Shown here: positions 44,876-52,832 of the stretch, in pieces
How positions within the stretch are numbered: position 1 is the first letter of the stretch
Layout: every line of letters starts with the position of its first letter
DNA from: Oscillospiraceae bacterium
GTDB lineage: Bacteria; Bacillota; Clostridia; Oscillospirales; CAG-272
Direction: 5' to 3'
Assembly (NCBI GenBank): GCA_015064345.1
Contig: SVSK01000006.1
Coordinates: 1-56,574, forward strand
DNA: 56,574 bases
Notes under the pieces: model-generated
Database searches by the model: none
What the model was told of the DNA's origin: nothing
Seen by the model: only the letters and a program-made list of their open reading frames with translations
Made by a program: the position numbers and the translations under genes

Positions 44876-46522
44876 TTATTTAACGAGGCTTACTGCCATC
44901 TCAAGAGCTGTATCAATGTTGTCGCAGAAGTTCTCTTCCCCAACTGCAGAAACAAATTTTGCACGAGTGAGTACCTTCATGGGCTGTTCGTTAACGTGGG
45001 AAAGGATCAGCTTTATCTCGCGCTTCTCACACATGCGGTGGATCGCAAAGAGATTTTTCGTCGCAGTTGCGTCAATGGTAGGCACGTCATGCATACGGAG
45101 AATCAGTACGCGCACGTTCTCGTCAACAGTCAAGCCTGCAAACTTATCAGAGGATGCGAAGAACATGGGTCCGTCGATCTCGATTACCTCAATGCCATCA
45201 GGAATGTGCTTCATTCTGCCGTTTCCGTTGTCCTCACCCTTTGACCAGACGCGGATGCGAGTGCCATCTCCCATGCGCTTCATGAAGAACACAACCGCAA
45301 GCACCATGCCAACAGCAATAGCCACAACAAGGTCGAACACAACTGTAAGCACGAATGTGACAACAAGTACGATCACGTCGTGTGCCGGTGCAGTCTTGCA
45401 CAGCTTTACAAAGCTTCTCCACTCGCTCATGTTGTATGCAACTACAAAGAGGATCGCTGCGATAATGGGCATGGGTATCCAAGCCGCATAGGGCATGAGC
45501 ACTACAAGAATGAGAAGCAGAACTGCCGCGTGAACCATGCCTGAGATGGGAGAACGACCGCCGTTCTTTACGTTTGCGGCTGTTCTGGCGATGGCGCCTG
45601 TGGCAGGGATTCCGCCGAAAAGACCGGAGCAGATGTTACCCACACCCTGGGCGATAAGCTCTGTGTTGGAGTTGTGCTTATCTCCTATCATTCCGTCGGA
45701 CACAACGCAGGAGAGAAGTGACTCGATACCTGCGAGAAGTGCAATGGTGAATGCGCTGGGAAGAAGCTCTGTCACCATACCGAAATCAAATTCGGGAAGA
45801 GAGAACTTCGGCAGACCTCCGCTGATGGTGTAGAGATCACCAATAGTGTTTACGTCCATGTCAAACAGCTTTACAATAAGTATTCCCACAACAACTGCGA
45901 TAAGGGATGCGGGAACCTTCTTACCGATCTTGCCGAGCATGGGCCAAATAATAAGGATAGCAAGTCCGATACCGCCCACGAGAAGAGCCCAAGGGTTGAA
46001 TGTGCCGATAGACTCAACCACAGCCTCCGCCTTCTCCATTGTCTCAACTGCGTGAGTACCGGGGGCAAAGGTGAGTCCGAGAAAATCCTTGATCTGACCG
46101 ATGGCAATAGTTACGGCGATACCTGCAGTAAAGCCTGTTGTGATGGTGCAGGGGATGTACTTGATAAGTGAGCCCAGCTTCAGCACTCCCATGAGGATGA
46201 GCATTACGCCTGCCATAATGGTGGCGATCACAAGTCCGCTGATACCGAAATTAGCAACAATGCCTGCAACGATGGTAGCAAATGCAGCGGTTGGACCTGA
46301 GATATTCACACGGCTGCCGCCAAGGAGTGCGATAACGAATCCCGCAACGATAGCGGTATAGATACCCTTTTCGGGAGATACACCCGATGCGATTGCAAGA
46401 GCGATTGAAAGGGGGAGGGCAATTATTGCAACGATAAGTCCTGCGATGAGGTCTGATACGAGCTGTGCGCCGCTGTACCCTTTCAGTGAGTCAATAAGTT
46501 TTGGCCTGAATATGTTTTTCAT
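44876..46522 (-). CDS. SulP/SLC26 anion permease with STAS domain
   Basis: DLIAGLIVAIIALPLSIALAIASGV.P, GGSRVNISGPT, IESLLS, ELIAQG.GN, GAIARTA; C-terminal IDGPMFF..IDAT. Confidence 0.95.
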   Translation of the reverse strand: MKNIFRPKLIDSLKGYSGAQLVSDLIAGLIVAIIALPLSIALAIASGVSPEKGIYTAIVAGFVIALLGGSRVNISGPTAAFATIVAGIVANFGISGLVIATIMAGVMLILMGVLKLGSLIKYIPCTITTGFTAGIAVTIAIGQIKDFLGLTFAPGTHAVETMEKAEAVVESIGTFNPWALLVGGIGLAILIIWPMLGKIGKKVPASLIAVVVGILIVKLFDMDVNTIGDLYTISGGLPKFSLPEFDFGMVTELLPSAFTIALLAGIESLLSCVVSDGMIGDKHNSNTELIAQGVGNICSGLFGGIPATGAIARTAANVKNGGRSPISGMVHAAVLLLILVVLMPYAAWIPMPIIAAILFVVAYNMSEWRSFVKLCKTAPAHDVIVLVVTFVLTVVFDLVVAIAVGMVLAVVFFMKRMGDGTRIRVWSKGEDNGNGRMKHIPDGIEVIEIDGPMFFASSDKFAGLTVDENVRVLILRMHDVPTIDATATKNLFAIHRMCEKREIKLILSHVNEQPMKVLTRAKFVSAVGEENFCDNIDTALEMAVSLVK

Positions 46523-46675
46523 GATATCCTTCTTTTGTGTCGTATATTGTCAATTTATACCGAGTATTAATTATACTCTTTTTGCGACTTATATCAAGAG
46601 GGTTGACCGCCGATTTTACGGGGTTTTGTGGGCGTTTTGTTGTGCAATTTGATGCTCTCGAAAGATTTGGAACGC

Positions 46676-46720
46676 AAAAAGCCCCCAAAGTGAGCTTAAA
46701 ACTCAACAAAGGGGCTTTTT
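46676..46720 (-). terminator. Terminator, duplicated with the SBP gene (copy 1)
   Basis: AAAAAGCCCC..GGGGCTTTT; related to 48437-48482. Confidence 0.7.
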
Positions 46721-46726
46721 ATTTAT

Positions 46727-48307
46727 TCAGTTACCCGCGTACTGCTGCTCAAGCTGATAACGGATGTTCTCGTAGTCGCTGATGTAGTCCTCAAGATCGG
46801 TTTGGGCACTGGACTCAAAGGATCTGTAATTTGAAGCAACAACGGTGGAGTTGTTATATACGGATTCGTACACACCGCTTGTAAAGATGTTCTTATCCCC
46901 AAGGTCCCAGACGAGCGGGAATACGTTGCCGTAGTGGTCGTGGATAAGCTGGATCATTCTTGCGTTGTCGGGATTCTTGGAATAACGAACCTTAAGTGTG
47001 GATTCGTAATAATTCGGCATTACGATCTCGGACGTCATACGGCTGAGGTATTCAACCACAGCAGATACGAATTCGAGTCCGTCGAACGATACTGATGAGG
47101 GGATGAAGCCAACCTCAGTGGTGTCGTGGATAGTGGAGATGTAGTCCTCTTGGAGATCGTCGAGCTTCGGATAAGGCAGGATGGCCATATTCAGCTCTGT
47201 GCCTGCGAAAACACTCGATTCAAGAGAGCCCAGTCTCTGGTATGTGAGGAATAAGATTCTGCCCTCAACGAAAGATTCGATAGTCTTCTGATTATCGCCG
47301 TTGCCGTGGATCCTGACTGCGGTGTTATCCGAATGGTACAGAGTTGTGAGCTTTTCAGCAAGAGAGACTGTTCTCTCGTTGTTTACCGTGATCACAGGAT
47401 AGCCGTTTTCGTCTCTGTCTATATATCCGGGATCGGAGGTAGTGAGGAAAGGAATGATCGTTCCCCACCAACCACACATTGCAATACCCCACTGGTCACG
47501 GGAATCGCGCTTGTGGTTTCCCTGAGCCCCGGCATCAATGTATGTGGCATTGTAGGTATATCCCGTCTCACCCGTCAGATAGTTATAGGATTCTTCGCCG
47601 CCGTTGATGATGGAGATGAGAGCGTCAAGAGTCCAACCTCCTCTGTCAACGAGATCGTAAATAAGCTCGGGATCGCCGCCAAGCTGGGTATAGTAGTCCT
47701 TGTTCATGAGTAGACAATGGCTGTGACGGGTAACGTCGATGAAGTAGTCGCCTGCCAGCATGAAGCGTGTATTGGTATTGAGCGACGCACTTTCCATGAG
47801 TCCGTCATACCAGTAGGACTGGTCGAAATCAAAGTACTTGCCGTATGTAGCGTCATGGAAAAGGCCTTCCGCCGAAAGTCTCGTTACACCAAGGTCGTTG
47901 ATGATAAGACTGATACCCTCTGCACCGGACTGGATGAGACTTCTGATCTCGGAGCCCGATACAGTATAGTCATAGTCCGACTCAATATAGCGGAATACGA
48001 TGTTGAGGTCCTCTGCAACCCTCTGGTTTCTCTTAAGCGCGGAGTCGGACGCTTTGTCTCCCTCGATCTCTTCTGCTCCCTGGATAAGATAGTTGGAGGA
48101 TCTGTAGGATGCCTGCTGGTCTGTGTCAACATTGACGGATGTGTGGATCATGAATGTCTCGCCGTCGAAATCAAGCTCGGAAAGCTCAACGGAGTCGCCG
48201 CCATAACTGTTCCCTTTAGAATTGCCGCCATTTGTGCCAAGTCCCGCACAGGCTGTCAGTAAAAATGAAACGCTTAGAATAATCGCTATAAGACTGTTCT
48301 TCCTCAT
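46727..48307 (-). CDS. Extracellular solute-binding lipoprotein (carbohydrate SBP-like), paralog 1
   Basis: Lipobox LTAC; RN..V...L, WT.D, ILPYPKLD..Q..Y, P.YYE..LK.RY..N..M. Confidence 0.85.
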   Translation of the reverse strand: MRKNSLIAIILSVSFLLTACAGLGTNGGNSKGNSYGGDSVELSELDFDGETFMIHTSVNVDTDQQASYRSSNYLIQGAEEIEGDKASDSALKRNQRVAEDLNIVFRYIESDYDYTVSGSEIRSLIQSGAEGISLIINDLGVTRLSAEGLFHDATYGKYFDFDQSYWYDGLMESASLNTNTRFMLAGDYFIDVTRHSHCLLMNKDYYTQLGGDPELIYDLVDRGGWTLDALISIINGGEESYNYLTGETGYTYNATYIDAGAQGNHKRDSRDQWGIAMCGWWGTIIPFLTTSDPGYIDRDENGYPVITVNNERTVSLAEKLTTLYHSDNTAVRIHGNGDNQKTIESFVEGRILFLTYQRLGSLESSVFAGTELNMAILPYPKLDDLQEDYISTIHDTTEVGFIPSSVSFDGLEFVSAVVEYLSRMTSEIVMPNYYESTLKVRYSKNPDNARMIQLIHDHYGNVFPLVWDLGDKNIFTSGVYESVYNNSTVVASNYRSFESSAQTDLEDYISDYENIRYQLEQQYAGN

Positions 48308-48364
48308 AAGTTTTCTCCTTTCAATGTCAAATCCGTGGTATATATGTTTAATAACTACAATTAT

Positions 48365-48393
48365 AGTATAACATTATAAGCCCTTTGTGTCAA
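48365..48393 (-). promoter_or_regulatory. sigmaA promoter of SBP paralog 1
   Basis: TTGACA-17 nt-TATACT with TG extended -10; conserved in the paralog. Confidence 0.75.
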
Positions 48394-48436
48394 TAGCTAT
48401 TTTTGTAATTATTATACTACATTTTCCAACTATTAC

Positions 48437-48482
48437 AAAAAGCCTCAAAAGTGAGCATAGAACTCAACAGAAGAGGCTTTTT
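48437..48482 (-). terminator. Terminator, duplicated with the SBP gene (copy 2)
   Basis: AAAAAGCCTC..GAGGCTTTTT. Confidence 0.7.
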
Positions 48483-48489
48483 AGTTTAT

Positions 48490-50040
48490 TCAGTTACCCG
48501 CGTACTGCTGCTCAAGCTGATAACGGATGTATTCGTAGTCGCTGATGTAGTCGTCAAGATCGGACTGTGCGCTGGACTCGAATGCTCTGTAGCTGGACGC
48601 AACCGAGGGGGTATTCCTATAGACTGTTTCGTAAACTCCGTTTGTAAAGATGTTTTTGTCCCCAAGGTCCCAAACGAAGGGGAACGCGTTGCCGTAGTGG
48701 TCGTGAATGAGCTGGATCATTCTTGCGTTGTCGGGGTTCTTGGAATAGCGCACCTTAAGAGTGGATTCGTAGTACTTGGGCATTACAATATCCGAGGTCA
48801 TCTGACTGAGATATTCCACAACGGCAGACACAAACGTCAGATTAACGAACGAAACGGAGGCAGGAATATAACCGACCTCAGTGGTGTCGTGGATAGTGGA
48901 GATGTAGTCCTCCTGGAGATCGTCAAGCTTCGGATAAGGCAAAATCGCCATATTAAGCTCGGAGCTGGAGAACACGTTTGACTCAAGGGAGCCCAGTCTC
49001 TGGTATGTAAGGAAGAGGACTCTGCCCTCAACAAATGCTCCGATGGCGCCGTCATTTGAGCCGTGGACCTGAACAGCGGTGTTGTCCGTGTGGTACAAAG
49101 TCATCAGCTTTTCAGCAAGAGAAACGGTACGCTCGTTGTTTACCGTGATCACGGGATATCCCTGCTCGTCTCTGGAGATATATCCCGGGTCGGAGGTAGT
49201 AAGGAAAGGAATGATAGTGCCCCACCAGCCGCACATCGCGATACCCCACTGGTCTCGGCCGTCCCGTCTTTGGTTACCCTGAACGTCAATGTAGGTGCCC
49301 GAGTAGGTATAGCCCTCCATGCCTGTGAGGTAGTTGTATGATTCGCGACCGCCGTTGATGATGGAGATGAGAGCGTCAAGAGTCCAGTCTCCGCTGTCAA
49401 CGAGATCGTATATAAGCTGCGGATTTCCTCCAAGCTGGCGGTAGTAGTCCTTGTTCATAAGGAGACAGTGGCTGTGGCGGGTCACGTCGAGGAAGTAGTC
49501 GCCTGCCAGCATGAAGCGTGTATTTGTGTTAAGTGACGCGCTTTCCATAAGTCCGTCGTACCAGTACGGCTGACTGAAATCGAAAAATTCGCCGTATGTT
49601 GCATCGTGAAAGAGACCCTCAGCTGATAGTCTTGTTACGCCAAGGTCGTTTATGATGAGGCTGATGCCGTCCGCGCCTGCCTGCACGAGGCTTCTGATCT
49701 CCGAGCCTGATACAGTATAGTCATAGTCGGATTCAATGTAACGGAACACGATATTGAGATCTTCTTCAACCCTCTTGTTCCTCTGCAGAGCGGAGTCAGA
49801 CGCCTTATCCCCTGTTACCTCTTCCTCCCCCTGGATAAGGTAGTTGGAAGAGCGGTAAGACGACTGCTGATCCGCGTCAACGTTAATAGAAGTATGGACC
49901 ATGAACACCTCGCCGTCAAAATCCAGATCCTTGAGGTCGATGTCCCCACCACCTGTAATATTATTATTTTTGAAGCCTGCACAGGCTGTCAGCAAAAATG
50001 AAAAGACCAGGAAAATTGCTACAAGATTTATTTTTCTCAT
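48490..50040 (-). CDS. Extracellular solute-binding lipoprotein, paralog 2
   Basis: GGGAG RBS before ATG 50040; long stretches identical to the 46727-48307 product. Confidence 0.85.
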   Translation of the reverse strand: MRKINLVAIFLVFSFLLTACAGFKNNNITGGGDIDLKDLDFDGEVFMVHTSINVDADQQSSYRSSNYLIQGEEEVTGDKASDSALQRNKRVEEDLNIVFRYIESDYDYTVSGSEIRSLVQAGADGISLIINDLGVTRLSAEGLFHDATYGEFFDFSQPYWYDGLMESASLNTNTRFMLAGDYFLDVTRHSHCLLMNKDYYRQLGGNPQLIYDLVDSGDWTLDALISIINGGRESYNYLTGMEGYTYSGTYIDVQGNQRRDGRDQWGIAMCGWWGTIIPFLTTSDPGYISRDEQGYPVITVNNERTVSLAEKLMTLYHTDNTAVQVHGSNDGAIGAFVEGRVLFLTYQRLGSLESNVFSSSELNMAILPYPKLDDLQEDYISTIHDTTEVGYIPASVSFVNLTFVSAVVEYLSQMTSDIVMPKYYESTLKVRYSKNPDNARMIQLIHDHYGNAFPFVWDLGDKNIFTNGVYETVYRNTPSVASSYRAFESSAQSDLDDYISDYEYIRYQLEQQYAGN

Positions 50041-50096
50041 ATATTTTCTCCCACAGATGTTAGATACGCCGCACCGCAGCCGATAACTACATTTAT

Positions 50097-50125
50097 AGTA
50101 TAACATCACGGGAAAGCCGTGTCAA
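50097..50125 (-). promoter_or_regulatory. sigmaA promoter of SBP paralog 2
   Basis: TTGACA-17 nt-TATACT with TG extended -10. Confidence 0.75.
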
Positions 50126-50169
50126 TAGACGATTTTAAGTTTTTGTTCCCGTCAGCCTGCCCTTGAAGC

Positions 50170-50195
50170 AAAAAAGACCCGTGTGGGTCTCTTTT
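50170..50195 (-). terminator. Terminator after EEP gene
   Basis: AGACCC-ACAC-GGGTCT followed by T tract on the minus strand. Confidence 0.75.
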
Positions 50196-50199
50196 AGTT

Positions 50200-50880
50200 T
50201 TATTCAGCCGCCGTACACTTCGCATAGAGCAGGCGATGGTCGGAATTGCCGTTGTCAAGAGTTCCGGGGCGGGAGAAGGACAAATTCTTCGAGTGAACGA
50301 TGTTGTCAATACATGCGCCGCCGCAGGTGAGCACGCTGTAGGAGTTTGTGTTCACCGCATCCGAGTTCTCTATCCACGAAAACTCGTCAAGAGAGTCGCA
50401 GTTGAAGTCTCCTGTGAGGATAAAGTTGTCCATAGCGGACAGAACTCTGTTTATCTCTTCAAACTGACCCTTTCGCGTGCCAAGATCCTCGTATGACAGA
50501 TGAGTTACGAAGAAGTTGACGTGGTATCCGTCCACATCCACTCGGGCTCTGCCAAGCACTCTCTGCTCATGCCAGCCGGATGTAAGCTTGATGCGCTCCG
50601 ACTCGATTATGGGGTATTTCGAGAGCACCGCAACACCGTAATCGCCGCCCCAAAAGTCAATGGTTTTGAAGAAAGCGTAGTACGGGTAGCCGGTTTTTTC
50701 GGAAAGCTCCTTCATCGTATCCGCTTTTTTGACACGAAAAGTGTCGATGTCCACCTCCTGCAGCCCTACTATATCAAGTCCGCAGGCGAGAATGTCCTCC
50801 GCTATCCTTGAAAAGTCGTGATCCGCATATCCGCCGTTTGCGATGTTGTAAGAGCCGATACTAATGTTAATACCGTTCAT
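50200..50880 (-). CDS. Endonuclease/exonuclease/phosphatase (EEP) family hydrolase
   Basis: SYNI, DIVGLQEVD, YGVAVLSKYPI, THL, GDFN, IDNI, SDH; AAGGAG RBS before ATG 50880. Confidence 0.92.
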   Translation of the reverse strand: MNGINISIGSYNIANGGYADHDFSRIAEDILACGLDIVGLQEVDIDTFRVKKADTMKELSEKTGYPYYAFFKTIDFWGGDYGVAVLSKYPIIESERIKLTSGWHEQRVLGRARVDVDGYHVNFFVTHLSYEDLGTRKGQFEEINRVLSAMDNFILTGDFNCDSLDEFSWIENSDAVNTNSYSVLTCGGACIDNIVHSKNLSFSRPGTLDNGNSDHRLLYAKCTAAE

Positions 50881-50900
50881 TTTCTTCTCCTTATTTTGAG

Positions 50901-50924
50901 AAAGGAACCCTCTCGAGTCCCTTT
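50901..50924 (-). repeat. Repeat family E hairpin, copy 1
   Basis: AAAGGAACCCTCTCGAGTCCCTTT; relatives at 52798-52825 and 55672-55701. Confidence 0.7.
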
Positions 50925-50938
50925 CCAATGTCGATTAT

Positions 50939-52687
50939 TTACTTAATTCCGTAATATTCAGCGAGAGCCGCAACGTCGTCCGCCTTGAATGCACCGTCGA
51001 AGATGATGAACTCGTCAATGGGAGTCTTCAGCTCTTTGCCGTAGTTTCTTGTAATGTCCTGACCGATGGCAAGCATACCCATGCCGTCCATGTCAGCATC
51101 CTGCATCTCCTCGGGAATCTCTGTCACGATAAATTCGCCAAAGTCGTAGGAAAGTCCCACAGTGTTAGCCTTTCTGTCAACGGAGAGGATAACGTGTACC
51201 CAACCCTTGTGGTGATCAGTGGGCAGGGAATATGTTTCACTCATTACGTTCTCGCCGTCAGCAAAATCAAAGCGGATGCAACCGGGCTGGAATGCGAGAG
51301 AAATACCGTTGCTCAGCTCGTAAGCGCGATTTCTGTTTGCAAAGAATGTGGGGTCAGATGTGTTTTCTGCAGACTGGAACCAGAATGCGATAGTAAAGCT
51401 GTCATCGCCGGGCATGAATTCTTCAACTCTTACAGAGCCGTTCTTGAAGCTTGCCGCCTTGCCGTAGATGCCGCTGATGTAGTTGACGTTGTCAAATTCG
51501 GTAACGTCTGTACCCATAGCGTCATTTACATTGCTGTCAAAGGGCAGATACAAAAGCACGTCGTCGCCAAAAATTTCGGTGAGATAATTGCCGCTTCCCT
51601 CCTTGGGAGTAGCCTCGGAGTAACGTGTGCGATGCTCGTACTGATATTCAACCGTGTACTTCAGGCGGGGAGCCTCGGATGCGTAGTCAGTGAAGAGGTT
51701 GTTCGGCACCATACCTGTCATTGTTTCAGGCTGGGTAAGGCCAAACGCGCGAAGAACAACAGCAGCCACGTCGCGGATGCTCATGTTCTCTTCCTTGCCC
51801 TTAATGCTCACACTTGTGGGAACACCGCCGCTGATGACACTTCCGCCTGCTGCAGCGAATGTGATGTTCAGCTCTTCGTCAGTGTCTCCACCGTGCATAC
51901 CGGTTACTGTACCGCCGTGGTCACCTGTAACGATGAAGAGTGTCTTTTCGTCTCTGCCGAGGTCGCAGTAAAGGTCATAGATCTGACCGATGTAGCCGTC
52001 AAGCTTTGTAAGAGTTTCAAGATGCTCGGGATTGCCGTAGCCGCTTCCGTGTCCCGCGCCGTCACATTCGTCAAACTGAACGAAGAGGAGCTTGGGGTCG
52101 TTGTCATTCAGATAAGAAAGAATCTGCTCGGTAAGAATACCGTCATTGTCAGCAGTTTCCTTGTGAACGTCAAGATTAGTTTCGATAATACCGTGGTTAA
52201 TGGGATTCCATGTAGAGAAAGACGCGAGAGTTGCATCGGGATAAGCTTCGCGAACTACTCTGAACACGCTGGGGAATGCGGAGTTTGAGGGGAATTCGAA
52301 TGTTTCCGCAATGTCATTTGTAAGATTGTGGAATTCAGGCTCTACACCGTGAAGCATAGCACCCCAGTTGGGAGCACTGCTGGAGGGCATAACTGCCTGC
52401 ATATTATATGTAACTGCACCGTCTGCGAAGATTCTGTCGAAGTTAGGTGTGTCGGTGTTTTGGAAGAATGCGCCGCATCCGTCAACACCAAGAATAACGA
52501 CGCGGTCATAGAAGTATTCCTGCTCGGGAACTTCATAAACGGGAGCCTCAGTTTCATTTGCGGGACCGTTGCCGCCCTGATCTGTAGTACCGTCCGCGGG
52601 GTTGTCTGTCTGTCCGTTCTTGGCACAAGCCGCAAATGCGAACAGAGCCATAATAAGCGCGAGGATAAGTGCAATAATTCTTTTCAT
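50939..52687 (-). CDS. Lipoprotein: alkaline phosphatase/NPP-superfamily domain plus LamG-like domain
   Basis: Lipobox FAAC; GVDG, PSSSAPNW, DECDGAGH, TGDHGG, HGG; C-terminal SFTIAFW..WVHV..IGQD..IDE; GGAGG RBS. Confidence 0.88.
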   Translation of the reverse strand: MKRIIALILALIMALFAFAACAKNGQTDNPADGTTDQGGNGPANETEAPVYEVPEQEYFYDRVVILGVDGCGAFFQNTDTPNFDRIFADGAVTYNMQAVMPSSSAPNWGAMLHGVEPEFHNLTNDIAETFEFPSNSAFPSVFRVVREAYPDATLASFSTWNPINHGIIETNLDVHKETADNDGILTEQILSYLNDNDPKLLFVQFDECDGAGHGSGYGNPEHLETLTKLDGYIGQIYDLYCDLGRDEKTLFIVTGDHGGTVTGMHGGDTDEELNITFAAAGGSVISGGVPTSVSIKGKEENMSIRDVAAVVLRAFGLTQPETMTGMVPNNLFTDYASEAPRLKYTVEYQYEHRTRYSEATPKEGSGNYLTEIFGDDVLLYLPFDSNVNDAMGTDVTEFDNVNYISGIYGKAASFKNGSVRVEEFMPGDDSFTIAFWFQSAENTSDPTFFANRNRAYELSNGISLAFQPGCIRFDFADGENVMSETYSLPTDHHKGWVHVILSVDRKANTVGLSYDFGEFIVTEIPEEMQDADMDGMGMLAIGQDITRNYGKELKTPIDEFIIFDGAFKADDVAALAEYYGIK

Positions 52688-52737
52688 GTTTGCCTCCAAA
52701 TAGGTGTATTGCCGAACAAATTGTCCGAATTTACTAT

Positions 52738-52766
52738 ATTATACCGCAATATTTGTCCCCAGTCAA
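52738..52766 (-). promoter_or_regulatory. sigmaA promoter
   Basis: TTGACT-17 nt-TATAAT. Confidence 0.7.
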
Positions 52767-52797
52767 TAAATTACAGGGATATTTTTTAGTTATGTGC

Positions 52798-52825
52798 AAA
52801 AGGAACTCTTTCGAGTCCCTTTTTT
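52798..52825 (-). repeat. Repeat family E hairpin/terminator, copy 2
   Basis: AAAAGGAACTCTTTCGAGTCCCTTTTTT. Confidence 0.7.
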
Positions 52826-52832
52826 ATTTGGT

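Noticed and set aside
46727-50040. SBP duplication as an assembly artefact
   Set aside because: The copies differ by many synonymous substitutions and small indels throughout.
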